DNA from: Thermoanaerobaculia bacterium
GTDB taxonomy: Bacteria > Acidobacteriota > Thermoanaerobaculia > UBA5066 > Gp7-AA6
Reading direction: 5' to 3'
Assembly: GCA_036271035.1 (NCBI GenBank)
Contig: DATBBK010000063.1
Coordinates: forward strand, 1 to 62,145
DNA length: 62,145 nucleotides
How positions within the stretch are numbered: position 1 is the first letter of the stretch; each line of letters starts with the position of its first letter. Below the pieces are notes generated by a model. The model was not told the origin of the DNA. It did not search any database and was given only the letters and a program-made list of their open reading frames with translations. This document shows positions 1 through 11,687 of this stretch, piece after piece. The position numbers and the translations under genes are program-made.

Positions 1-73
1 CGCCCGAGCCGACCGGAAGCCTCGCGAACGGGTTCGCGCCGGAGCGAACGACGAGGACGCGCGGCGCGCTCAC
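1..73 (-). CDS. uroporphyrinogen-III synthase (HemD-like), N-terminal fragment running off the left edge
   Basis: GTG at 71-73 overlaps the hemC stop (GTGA). The reverse translation VSAPRVLVVRSGANPFARLPVGSG resembles HemD N-termini. The order hemA-hemC-hemD is classical. Only 24 codons are visible. Confidence 0.35.
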   Translation of the reverse strand, partial: MSAPRVLVVRSGANPFARLPVGSG

Positions 74-996
74 GGCTCTCCCCCGGCCTCGCCGATCAGC
101 TCCGCGGCGCCGCGGGCGAGCAGCCTGCGCGCGACCTCCTCGCCGAGCGCCTCGGGCGCTCCCTCGGAAGCCGCCGTCTCGCGCAGCGACCGCGACCCGT
201 CGCCGGAGAAGACGGCCGCGGTGAGGCGGAGGGCGCTTCCCTCCCGGCGCGCCCGCGCCGCCACCGGCGCGCGGCAGCCGGCCTCGAGCACCGCGAGCAG
301 CCGCCTCTCGGCGAGAACCTCGCGATGCGACGCGGGGTCGTCGAGCGCGGCGAGCGCCTCGCGGGTCCGCGTGTCAGCCGCGCGCGCAAAGATCGCAAGC
401 GCACCCTGGCCGGGCGCCGGTAGGACGACCGACTCGGACAGCGTCTCGACGATCTCGCCGAGACGGCCGAGGCGCGCCAGGCCCGCGCGCGCGAGCACGA
501 GGGCGTCGCAACGCCCCTCGCGGAGCCGGCGCACGCGCGTGTCCACGTTGCCGCGGATCTCGACGACGGTGAGGTCGGGCCGCGTCGCGAGGATCTGCGC
601 CCGCCGGCGCGGACTTGACGTGCCGATTCGCGCCCCGGCCGCGAGCCGCTCGAGGGTCAGGCCGCCGTTGGAGACGAGGACGTCCGACGGATCCTCGCGG
701 GGCGGCACGGCCGCCAGCACGAGATCGCTCGCGACCTGCGAGGGCACGTCCTTCAGGCTGTGAACGGCGAGGTCGATCCGCCCGTCCCGCAGGGCCTCGT
801 CGAGCTCGCGCGTAAAGTCGCCCTTCCACTCGATCGGCAGTCCCTCGGCGGAGCGGCGGTCGCCGGTCGTCGTCACGTAGACGACCTCGACGCCATCGCC
901 GCCGAGCGCGCGCCGGACCAGCTCCGCCTGCGCGCGCGAGAGCGCACTGCCCCGGGCGCCGAGGCGCAGGACGGACCGCTCGACGCTGATGGTCAC
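70..996 (-). CDS. hemC: hydroxymethylbilane synthase (porphobilinogen deaminase)
   Basis: 308-aa ORF with an LRLGARGSALSRAQA...GDR... N-terminus and a full-length HemC-like sequence. GTGA overlap with the hemA stop. Confidence 0.95.
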   Translation of the reverse strand: MTISVERSVLRLGARGSALSRAQAELVRRALGGDGVEVVYVTTTGDRRSAEGLPIEWKGDFTRELDEALRDGRIDLAVHSLKDVPSQVASDLVLAAVPPREDPSDVLVSNGGLTLERLAAGARIGTSSPRRRAQILATRPDLTVVEIRGNVDTRVRRLREGRCDALVLARAGLARLGRLGEIVETLSESVVLPAPGQGALAIFARAADTRTREALAALDDPASHREVLAERRLLAVLEAGCRAPVAARARREGSALRLTAAVFSGDGSRSLRETAASEGAPEALGEEVARRLLARGAAELIGEAGGEP

Positions 997-2264
997 TCCT
1001 CGCGGTCCAGGTCGAAGACGTGGCGCACCGCCTCGACGCGGTCGAGCTTCCGCGACGCATCCGCCTCGGACTTCAGCCGCCGCATCGGCTCGTGCAGGAG
1101 CTTCGAGGCGATCGAGTCGGCGAACGCGCGGAACCGCTCCCGATCCTGCGCGGGGACGCGCGCGAGCTCCGCGTCGCGGAGCGCCGCGAGCCGCGCCTGC
1201 AGATCGTTGACGGTGGGCACCACCGCCAGGTTCCCGAGCCAGCCCATGAAGCGGGCGAGCTCCTCCTCGAGGATCGCCTCGGCCTGCGGAATCTCACGGC
1301 CGCGACGCAGGCGGTTCTCCTCGGCGACGCTCTCGAGGTCGTCGAGGGCGGCGGAGAACACGTTGTAAACCCCGGTCACGTCGGGCGCGATGTCCCGCGG
1401 CGCCGCGAGGTCGAGGAAGAACATCGGCCGTCCGCGCCGGCGGCGCATCGCCGCCTCGGCGTCCGCGCGCGTGACCACGGGGGTGGGGCTCGAGGTCGTG
1501 CCGACGACGACGTCCGCCTCCGGGAGGGCGACCGGGAGGTCTTCCCACGCGACGCGCGTGCCGCCGATCCGCCCGGCCAGCGATGCGGCGCGCTCCGGAG
1601 TGCGGTTCGCGATGCGCACGTCCCGCGCGCCGGCGGCGGAGGCCAGCTCCGCGACGAGCGTACCGGTGTCGCCCGCACCGAGGACGAGGATCGCGCGCTC
1701 GCTCAGATCGCCGAAGACCTTGGCCGCGAGCTCGAGCCCGATCGAGGCGACCGAGAGCGGGTGCCGCGCGATCTCCGTCTCTGTCCGGACGCGCTTGCCG
1801 GCCGCGACGGCGCTCTCGAACATCCGGTGGAGGACGGACCGGGTCGACCCCGCCTCCTTCGCCACGCGCAGGGCCTGGCGGACCTGGCCGAGGACCTCGC
1901 TCTCGCCGAGCGCCATCGAGTCGAGTCCCGTGGCGACCCGAAAGAGGTGGCGCGCCGCCTCGGCGCCTTCGCGCGAGAAGCTCGACCGCGACACCTCGCC
2001 GGCGTCGAGCCCGCGCCAGTCGGATACGAGCGCGGTCAGCCGCTCGATCGGGCGGTCGTCGTCCGACACGCCGTAGATCTCGGAGCGGTGGCAGGTCGCG
2101 ACGATGACGCCCTCGCGCACGACGCCGTCGCCCCGCATCCGCTCGAGCGCCTCGCGGACCTCGTCCGTGTTGAGCGCGATCCGCTCGCGCACGATCCGGC
2201 TCACGGCGGCCTCGCCGCGGAAGCTCCACCCGAGCAGCAGCAGCCTCGCCTCGCCGGCCATCAT
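993..2264 (-). CDS. hemA: glutamyl-tRNA reductase
   Basis: 423-aa ORF with a catalytic-Cys motif ATCHRSEIY, an NAD(P) fold LVLGAGDTG, and a C-terminal dimerisation helix. Confidence 0.95.
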   Translation of the reverse strand: MMAGEARLLLLGWSFRGEAAVSRIVRERIALNTDEVREALERMRGDGVVREGVIVATCHRSEIYGVSDDDRPIERLTALVSDWRGLDAGEVSRSSFSREGAEAARHLFRVATGLDSMALGESEVLGQVRQALRVAKEAGSTRSVLHRMFESAVAAGKRVRTETEIARHPLSVASIGLELAAKVFGDLSERAILVLGAGDTGTLVAELASAAGARDVRIANRTPERAASLAGRIGGTRVAWEDLPVALPEADVVVGTTSSPTPVVTRADAEAAMRRRRGRPMFFLDLAAPRDIAPDVTGVYNVFSAALDDLESVAEENRLRRGREIPQAEAILEEELARFMGWLGNLAVVPTVNDLQARLAALRDAELARVPAQDRERFRAFADSIASKLLHEPMRRLKSEADASRKLDRVEAVRHVFDLDREE

Positions 2265-2284
2265 CTCTTCATCGCTTCATCGCC

Positions 2285-3097
2285 TCATCGGAAGCTGTGC
2301 GCCGTGCTCAGGTAGAGGTTCACGATGGTGTAGGAGAACAGAACGACGCCGAAGCCGAGGATCGAGAGCACCGCGACCCGCGGCCCCGCCCATCCCCGTC
2401 GGTCCATCCAGAGCAGGAATCCGTAGACGACGAGCGTGATGGCGGCCCACGCGATCTTCGGATCCGCGAGGCTCGGCCAGACGCGCTCCGCCCAGAAGAG
2501 ACCGAGCGCGAGCGAGAGGACGAGCGTGGCGACGCCGATCGTCACGCTCGTGCGGTTCATCCGGCCGATCACCTGGAGGGCCGGAAGGCGCGAGAAGAGA
2601 AGACCCGTCTTCGCGCGCCGGATCTGGCGGTTCTGGATCAGGTACAGCATCGAAAGAACGAACGAGAACGTGAATGCGGCGTAGGCGAGGATCGCGAGCG
2701 TGACGTGCAGCGCGAAGACGCTGCCGTGCAACCCCTGAGACGACGGCGCGTGCGCCGTCTCCGGCAGGAGCAGGCCGATCCCGGTCGCGATCACGATGAA
2801 CGGGATGAGGAACGCGCCCATCGACTGCTCGCGATGGCGCAGGAGCAGCGCGAGGTAGGCGATCCCGAGCATCCACCCGAAGAAGGAAACGGAGCCGCCG
2901 AGAGTCCGGTACGGAACCGAGGACAGCTCGTGCGCGCGGCGCATGAGGTCCGCGAAGTGAAGCGCGAGGCCCGCCGCGATCGCCGCCGGAACGGCGCGGG
3001 CGAGCGCGCCGCGCGGCCGCATCAGGGAGACGATCGCGAGGCCCTCCGCGGCCGCGTACAGCGCAACGGCCAGCCACCCGAGGAGGTGGGATCCCAT
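2285..3097 (-). CDS. cytochrome c assembly protein (CcsA/HemX-like membrane protein)
   Basis: Polytopic membrane protein directly upstream of hemA, in a position like Bacillus hemX. I chose the start at [11 protein letters not shown] (ATG 3095-3097) because the longer ORF would overlap the acnA start. Confidence 0.75.
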   Translation of the reverse strand: MGSHLLGWLAVALYAAAEGLAIVSLMRPRGALARAVPAAIAAGLALHFADLMRRAHELSSVPYRTLGGSVSFFGWMLGIAYLALLLRHREQSMGAFLIPFIVIATGIGLLLPETAHAPSSQGLHGSVFALHVTLAILAYAAFTFSFVLSMLYLIQNRQIRRAKTGLLFSRLPALQVIGRMNRTSVTIGVATLVLSLALGLFWAERVWPSLADPKIAWAAITLVVYGFLLWMDRRGWAGPRVAVLSILGFGVVLFSYTIVNLYLSTAHSFR

Positions 3098-3137
3098 CGA
3101 GGGCCGCAGTCTATCAGGGCGTAATACGATAGCCGCG

Positions 3138-5962
<2,825 letters not shown>

Positions 5963-5966
<4 letters not shown>

Positions 5967-7036
5967 ACGCGCCGGGTCGGTTCGAGCCGTCCGCCGACCG
6001 CCTCCTCGCCGCCTGCCGGCGCCTCCCCGTGGACGTGCCGCCGGTCTGGATGATGCGGCAGGCGGGCCGGTACCTGCCCGAGTATCGCGCGGTGCGCGAG
6101 AAGGTCTCGTTCCTCGAGCTCTGCCGCACGCCCGAGCTCGCGGCGGAGGTCTCGCTGCAGCCGTTCCGGCGGTTCGCGCCCGACGGCGTCATCTTCTTCT
6201 CCGACATCCTCGTGCCCGCGGAGGCGATGGGAGTGCCGGTCGCGTTCGGCGACGGCGGGCCGGAGCTGCCGGAGCCCATCCGCGACGCCGCGGCGGTCGC
6301 GCGCCTCTCGCGATTCGACCCGTCCGAGCGGCTCGCCTTCACCGGAGAGATCCTGCGGACGATCGCGCGCGAGGTCGGCGGCCGGGCCGCGGTCCTCGGC
6401 TTCTGCGGCGCGCCATGGACGCTCGCGTCGTACCTCGTCGAGGGCGGCGGCTCGCGCAGCTTCGCCGTCATCAAGGAGATGGCCGCGCGCGACCCGCAGA
6501 CGCTGGAGCGGCTGCTCGGGCTGCTCGCCGACGTCGCGGCCGACGTCCTCTCGTTCCAGATCGCCTCGGGCGCGCAGGCCGTCCAGCTCTTCGACACGTG
6601 GGCCGGCGAGCTCGACCTCGAGGACTATCGCCGCTTTGCGCTGCCGGCGGTCTCGCGCGCGATCGCGGGGATCCGGCGCGGCGCCTCGACGGCGCCCGTC
6701 GTCCTCTACGTCAACGGCTGCGGCCATCTGATCGAGGCGATGGCCGAGTCCGGCGCCGACGTCCTCTCGGTCGACTGGCGCGTGCCGCTCTCGGAGGCGC
6801 GCCGCCGCGCCCCGCGCGTCGCGCTGCAGGGCAACCTGGATCCCGCGCACCTGCTCGGCACGCCGGAGCGCGTGGCGCAGCGGACGGCGGCGATGCTCGC
6901 GGAGACGGGAGGCGAGGCGCACGTCGCGAATCTCGGGCACGGCATCCTTCCGGGCAGCCGCCTCGAGTGCGTCACGGCGTTCTTCGACTCGGTGCGCTCG
7001 CCGGCGCGGATCGGCGCCGGGGCGATTCCAGCATGA
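5963..7036 (+). CDS. hemE: uroporphyrinogen decarboxylase
   Basis: In-frame ATG at 5963 overlaps the acnA stop (ATGA). N-terminus ...[16 protein letters not shown] is the HemE signature. Confidence 0.95.
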
Positions 7037-8451
7037 GCGCCCTCCGCGTCCCGCTCGAGCTGCTCCGGCGCTACAACGTCCCGGGGCCGCGCTACACGTC
7101 GTACCCAACCGCGCCGAGCTGGAAGGAGTCACTCGACGCCACCGACTACGGCCGGATCCTCGAGGAGAGCTCCGCGGCCGCGGAACCGGCGCCGCTGTCG
7201 CTCTACTTCCACCTCCCGTTCTGCGAGCGGCTCTGCTACTTCTGCGGCTGCACGGTCGTCATCACGGGCGCGCATCACGGGCCGGAGGACGCGTACCTCG
7301 CGACGATCGAGCGGGAGATCGACTGGGTCGCCCAGCGCCTCGGCGCGGCCGCGGACGGGAACGCAGTTGGAAAGCCAGGCCGACGCCGTCGAGTCGTCCA
7401 GCTCCACTGGGGCGGCGGCACGCCGACCTACTTCTCGCCGGAGCTCCTGACCCGGCTCGGCCGCCGCATCCGCGAGCGATTCGAGATCGCGCCGGACGCG
7501 GAGATCGGCGTGGAGGTCGATCCGCGCGTCACGACGCCGGCGCACCTCGAGGCGCTCGCCGCGCTCGGATTCAACCGCCTGAGCATGGGCGTGCAGGACT
7601 TCGACCCCGAGGTGCAGGCCGCGATCAACCGGATCCAGCCCTTCGAGGCGACGCGCGACCTCGTGCGGGCGGCGCGCGCGCTCGGCTTCCCGAGCATCAA
7701 CGTGGACCTGATCTACGGGCTGCCCTACCAGACCGCCGAGCGCTTCTCCCGCACGATCGACCGGGTCCTCGAGCTCGGCCCCGACCGGCTCGCCGTGTAC
7801 TCGTACGCCAACGTCCCCTGGATGAAGAAGCACCAGAGCGTTCTCGAGAAGCACCTGCCCGACGAGGGGACGAAGCTGTCGATCTTCCTCCTCGCGCTCG
7901 AGCGCTTCACCGACTCCGGGTTCGAGTACATCGGCATGGACCACTTCGCGCGGCCGGAGGACGAGCTCGCGCGCGCGCGAAGCGACCGGACGCTCCACCG
8001 CAATTTCCAGGGCTACACCACCAAGGCCGGCACCGACCTCGTCGGCCTCGGGATGAGCGCGATCGGGTCGATCGGCAGCTGGTACGTCCAGAACCGCCGC
8101 GAGCTCGCTCCGTACCGCGCGGACGTGGACGCCCGCGGCGGAGCGACGTTCCGCGGCGCGCGCCTGACCGCCGACGACCGCCTGCGGCGCACCGTGATCG
8201 AGCGGCTGATGTGCCACGGCGTCGTCCGGAAGGCGGAGATCGAGCGGGAGTTCGGAATTCGCTTCGACGAGGAGTTCGCGGCCGCGATCGAGCGGCTGGA
8301 GCCCGGCCGGCAGGACGGCCTCGTCGAGCTGACCGCCGGCGAGATCCGCGCGACGCCGCTCGGCCGTCTTTTCCTGCGCAATCTCGCGATGCCGTTCGAC
8401 GCGTATCTGGCGGCCACGCCCGAGCGCCCGGTCTTCTCGCGCACGGTCTGA
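7033..8451 (+). CDS. hemN: oxygen-independent coproporphyrinogen III oxidase (radical SAM)
   Basis: ATG 7033 overlaps the hemE stop. Contains YNVPGPRYTSYPTAP and the radical-SAM motif CxxxCxxC (CERLCYFCGC). Confidence 0.92.
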   Translation: MSALRVPLELLRRYNVPGPRYTSYPTAPSWKESLDATDYGRILEESSAAAEPAPLSLYFHLPFCERLCYFCGCTVVITGAHHGPEDAYLATIEREIDWVAQRLGAAADGNAVGKPGRRRRVVQLHWGGGTPTYFSPELLTRLGRRIRERFEIAPDAEIGVEVDPRVTTPAHLEALAALGFNRLSMGVQDFDPEVQAAINRIQPFEATRDLVRAARALGFPSINVDLIYGLPYQTAERFSRTIDRVLELGPDRLAVYSYANVPWMKKHQSVLEKHLPDEGTKLSIFLLALERFTDSGFEYIGMDHFARPEDELARARSDRTLHRNFQGYTTKAGTDLVGLGMSAIGSIGSWYVQNRRELAPYRADVDARGGATFRGARLTADDRLRRTVIERLMCHGVVRKAEIEREFGIRFDEEFAAAIERLEPGRQDGLVELTAGEIRATPLGRLFLRNLAMPFDAYLAATPERPVFSRTV

Positions 8452-8476
8452 GAGAGCGGAGGCCGTCCGGGCTCCC

Positions 8477-9463
8477 ATGAGCATGAAGCGCGCGATCCTC
8501 TTCCTCCAGCTCGGCGGCCCAGAGACGCTCGACGACGTACGGGGCTTTCTCTACCGGCTCTTCTCGGATCCCGACGTCATCACGGTGAAGTCGCCGCTGC
8601 TTCGCAAGACCATCGCGGCCTCCATCGCGGTCGGACGCCAGAAGGCGTCGAAGGCGCTGTACGCCGCGATCGGCGGCGGCTCGCCCATCCGCCGCCTCAC
8701 GGAGGAGCAGGCGAGCGGCGTCGAGCAGATCCTCCGCGCGAAGGGCTGGGACGTCGCCGTGCGCGCCGCGATGACGTGCTCCGCGCCGCTCGTCGAGGAC
8801 GTCGTCGAGGAGTTGGCGCGCGCCGGGGCGACGAGCTTCCTCGCGCTCCCGCTCTACCCGCAATACTCGCTGACGACGACGAAGGGCGCCCTCGAGCGGA
8901 GCCGCGCCGCCGTCGCGAAGTCCGCTCCGGCCGGCCGGCTGTTCGAAGCGCACTCGTTCCCGGCCCATCCGCTGTTCGTCGAGGCCCACGCCGAGCTGAT
9001 CCGCGAGGAGCTCGCGAAGTTCCCGGACCCGCGACCCGAGGCCGTGCACCTCCTCTTCTCCGCCCACTCGATCCCGAAGAAGCTCGTGGTCCAGAAGGGC
9101 GACCCGTACGCGCACCAGATCGAAGTGAGCGCCTCGGCGATCCGCAAGCGCCTCGGCTGGAGCGGACCGTCGACGCTCGCGTACCAGTCGAAGCTCGGGC
9201 CCGTGGAGTGGCTCGGCCCGCCGACGCTCGGCGAGATCGCCCGGCTCGGGGCCGCGGGCGTCCGGCAGTTGCTCGTCGTGCCGATCGCGTTCGTGACGGA
9301 TCACGTCGAGACGCTGTACGAGATCGACCAGCTCTTCGGCGACGCCGCCCGCAAGGCCGGTATCCAGCAGTTCCGCCGGACGCCGGGCCTGAACTCGCGC
9401 CCGACGTTCCTCCGCGGGCTCGCGGACATCGCGCGGTCGGTGAACGGCTTCTGGGACCAGTGA
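8477..9463 (+). CDS. hemH: ferrochelatase
   Basis: 328-aa ORF with AILFLQLGGPETLDDVRGFLYRLFSDPDVI and ...FSAHSIP...TDHVETLYEID motifs. Confidence 0.93.
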   Translation: MSMKRAILFLQLGGPETLDDVRGFLYRLFSDPDVITVKSPLLRKTIAASIAVGRQKASKALYAAIGGGSPIRRLTEEQASGVEQILRAKGWDVAVRAAMTCSAPLVEDVVEELARAGATSFLALPLYPQYSLTTTKGALERSRAAVAKSAPAGRLFEAHSFPAHPLFVEAHAELIREELAKFPDPRPEAVHLLFSAHSIPKKLVVQKGDPYAHQIEVSASAIRKRLGWSGPSTLAYQSKLGPVEWLGPPTLGEIARLGAAGVRQLLVVPIAFVTDHVETLYEIDQLFGDAARKAGIQQFRRTPGLNSRPTFLRGLADIARSVNGFWDQ

Positions 9464-10785
9464 GCGACGCGACCGCGGTCGTCGGCGCCGGACTCTCCGG
9501 CCTGACCGCCGCCCGCGCGCTCGCGCGCGCCGGGCGCCCCGTCGTCGTCTTCGAGGAGTCGGGCCGCCCCGGCGGCGCGGTCCGTTCGGAGGCGCGAGGC
9601 GGATTCCTGATCGAGCTCGGTCCGAACACGGTGCGGCCCACGCCGGAGCTGTGGCGCCTCGTCGAGGAGCTCGGCCTCGCGCGCCAGGCGCTCTTCGCGC
9701 CCGCGAGCCTGCCGCGCTACGTCGAGCTCGGCGGACGCCTGCACGCGCTGCCCGCGTCGCCGCCCGCGTTCGTCGCGTCCCGGCTGCTCTCGGTGGCGGG
9801 GAAGCTGCGGCTCTTGTCCGAGCCGCTCCGGCCGCGCCGCCGTGCCAATGCCGAGGAGAGCGTCCACGCGTTCGCCGCGCGCCGCCTCGGCGCCCAGGTC
9901 GCCGACCGGATGATCGAGCCGTTCGTGGGCGGCGTCTACGCGGGCTCGGCCGACGCGCTCGAGGTCTCGGCGGCGTTCCCGTCGCTCGCCCGCTGGGAGC
10001 GCGAGCGCGGGAGCATTCTTCGGGGCGCCCTCGCCGACCGCCGGCGCCGGCCCGCCGGGCCGCGTCCGCCGCGGGGCCTGCTGTCATTCCGCGAGGGGCT
10101 CGAGGCGCTCCCCCGCGCGCTCGCCACGGAGCTGGGCGACTCGCTCCGGCTGAACGCGGCGATCCGCGGGCTTAAGCCGTCGAAGGACGGCTGGACGCTC
10201 GAGACCTCCGACGGCGCCGTCGACGCCGCGCGCGTCGTCCTCGCGGTCCCGGCGTGGCGAGCGGCGGAGCTCGTCGCCGGATTCGCGCCGGAGGCCGCGG
10301 CGGCGCTCGGAGCCATCCCGCACCCCCCGCTCGCCGTCCTGCACCTCGCGTACGCCGCGGCGTCGCTTCCCCGCCCGCTCCACGGCTTCGGCCACCTCGT
10401 CGTGCCGGATCCGGCGCGCCGCATCCTCGGCGCGGTCTGGAGCTCGAGCCTGTTCACCGGCCGCGCCCCGGACGGGCAGGTCCTGCTGACGGTGTTCGCC
10501 GGCGGCACCCGCGACCCGGACGCAGCCGGGCTCTCCGACTCGGAGCTGGCCGGCATGGCGGCGCGCGATCTCGCCGGCGCCGGAGTGGCCTCGGGCGCGC
10601 CGACGGTGGTGGCGATCACGCGCTGGAGACGGGCGATTCCGCAGTACACCTTCGGCCACGGCGAGCGGATCCGGGTGCTGGAGCACGCCGAGGCGAGATG
10701 GCCGGGGCTGCGGTTCGCGGGGAATTACAGAGGCGGCGTTTCCGTCGGCGACGTGGTGAAGTCGGGGATGGAGGCGGGATCGTAG
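9460..10785 (+). CDS. hemY: protoporphyrinogen/coproporphyrinogen oxidase (HemY-type, FAD)
   Basis: GTG 9460 overlaps the hemH stop (GTGA). FAD fold VVGAGLSGLTAARAL...FEESGRPGG, and C-terminal ...GNYRGGVSVGDVV. Confidence 0.9.
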   Translation: MSDATAVVGAGLSGLTAARALARAGRPVVVFEESGRPGGAVRSEARGGFLIELGPNTVRPTPELWRLVEELGLARQALFAPASLPRYVELGGRLHALPASPPAFVASRLLSVAGKLRLLSEPLRPRRRANAEESVHAFAARRLGAQVADRMIEPFVGGVYAGSADALEVSAAFPSLARWERERGSILRGALADRRRRPAGPRPPRGLLSFREGLEALPRALATELGDSLRLNAAIRGLKPSKDGWTLETSDGAVDAARVVLAVPAWRAAELVAGFAPEAAAALGAIPHPPLAVLHLAYAAASLPRPLHGFGHLVVPDPARRILGAVWSSSLFTGRAPDGQVLLTVFAGGTRDPDAAGLSDSELAGMAARDLAGAGVASGAPTVVAITRWRRAIPQYTFGHGERIRVLEHAEARWPGLRFAGNYRGGVSVGDVVKSGMEAGS

Positions 10786-10821
10786 AGGCGAAACGCCCGC
10801 GGCCGGCAGTGCGACGGGAGT

Positions 10822-11004
10822 AGGAGGACCGGCCCGCGAGTCCCGCGGCGAGAAAGTCGCTTATGGAACGCGGCACTCCGCAAGTCGGGCCTGCGCGCTT
10901 CGATGGTGTCAGCCCTCAATTTTTCGGAGCTCAGAACGAGTTGAGCTCTATCGCGTTCGCGTCGTCGCTCCGAAAAACAAAGGACTGACCCCGAGCACGG
11001 CATC
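10822..11004. repeat. conserved ~184-nt structured intergenic element, copy 1 (candidate ncRNA or non-autonomous element)
   Basis: Colinear block-wise match to 44574-44757 in the same orientation. The two copies share helices with compensatory differences. No conserved reading frame. Confidence 0.8.
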
Positions 11005-11032
11005 TGGTCAACCCGGGCGCGGCATCCGGCGA

Positions 11033-11608
11033 TCAATGGTCGTGCTGTTCGTGCCCGCCATGGTTGTCTGGCTTCTCGTCTTCGTGACCGTGCTCCTCTT
11101 TTTCGCTTCCCGCCGCGAGGGCCTTCTCCTCGTCCTTGGACAGCTCCGGCAGGTGGCGGAGGAACGTGACCATCCGCCAGATCTGCTCCTCCTTGTGCGT
11201 CGGCCCGAAGGCCGGCATCCCCGTCATGCGGATCCCGTTCGAGACGATCCAGAAGAGCTCTCCGTCCGAGCGCGCCTGGACCTTCGCCAGCGTCAGATCG
11301 GGCGCGGGCGGGTTGAGGCCCTCGCCGATCTCCGACGGATCGACGCCCGGCGCGCCGTGGCACGTCACGCACATCTCGCGGTACGCCCCGAGCGCGCGCG
11401 AGAGCGTCTCGGGCGACCCGGCGACCGGATTCTTCTGGTTCGAGGCGCGCTTAGCGACCGAGCGATTGAGCGCGAACGGAGCGAGCGCCTTCTCCAGCGC
11501 GCTCGGCGGCTTCGACGCCGCGAAGTCGAACACCCCGCTGACGACCACGACCCCCCCGAGGATGAGCAGCAGGACCAGAGTGGTGATCATGCCCGCGAGA
11601 AATCGCAT
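11033..11608 (-). CDS. membrane-anchored c-type cytochrome with His-rich C-terminal tail
   Basis: Heme motif CVTCHGAPG with a distal Met region (IRMTGMPAF). N-terminal TM helix. Strong SD GGAGGTG ahead of ATG 11606-11608. C-terminus EEHGHEDEKPDNHGGHEQHDH. Confidence 0.85.
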   Translation of the reverse strand: MRFLAGMITTLVLLLILGGVVVVSGVFDFAASKPPSALEKALAPFALNRSVAKRASNQKNPVAGSPETLSRALGAYREMCVTCHGAPGVDPSEIGEGLNPPAPDLTLAKVQARSDGELFWIVSNGIRMTGMPAFGPTHKEEQIWRMVTFLRHLPELSKDEEKALAAGSEKEEHGHEDEKPDNHGGHEQHDH

Positions 11609-11687
11609 TCCCACCTCCGTGTCGCCCGGATGATAGCCCCGGGCATGCAACGGACGGGCCGTTGTCACGGCCCGGCGTAACGGGCCT

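Noticed and set aside
3111-3132. The palindrome CTATC-N12-GATAG with a central GTAATAC in the 40-nt ccsA-like/acnA divergent spacer, a possible relative of the AT-rich hairpin family or an iron-regulator site.
   Set aside because: It shares only TAATACG with the hairpin family, its arms are 5 bp, and it is a single occurrence. That is insufficient to call a site.
7907-10087. Very long alternative-frame or antisense ORFs (for example 7907..10087-, 48612..51338-, 48413..51328+, 21671..22996-, 5500..6597-, 35550..37313-).
   Set aside because: Their translations are Arg/Pro/Ala/Gly-dominated low-complexity strings. They overlap ORFs with clear family signatures on the other strand or frame. These are typical open-frame artefacts of very GC-rich DNA.
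10901-10990. A short ORF starting at the conserved ATG in CTTCGATGG inside the 184-nt element.
   Set aside because: The two copies give unrelated peptides of 13 and 26 aa after the first few codons. Indels shift the frame, and codon third positions are not GC-biased.
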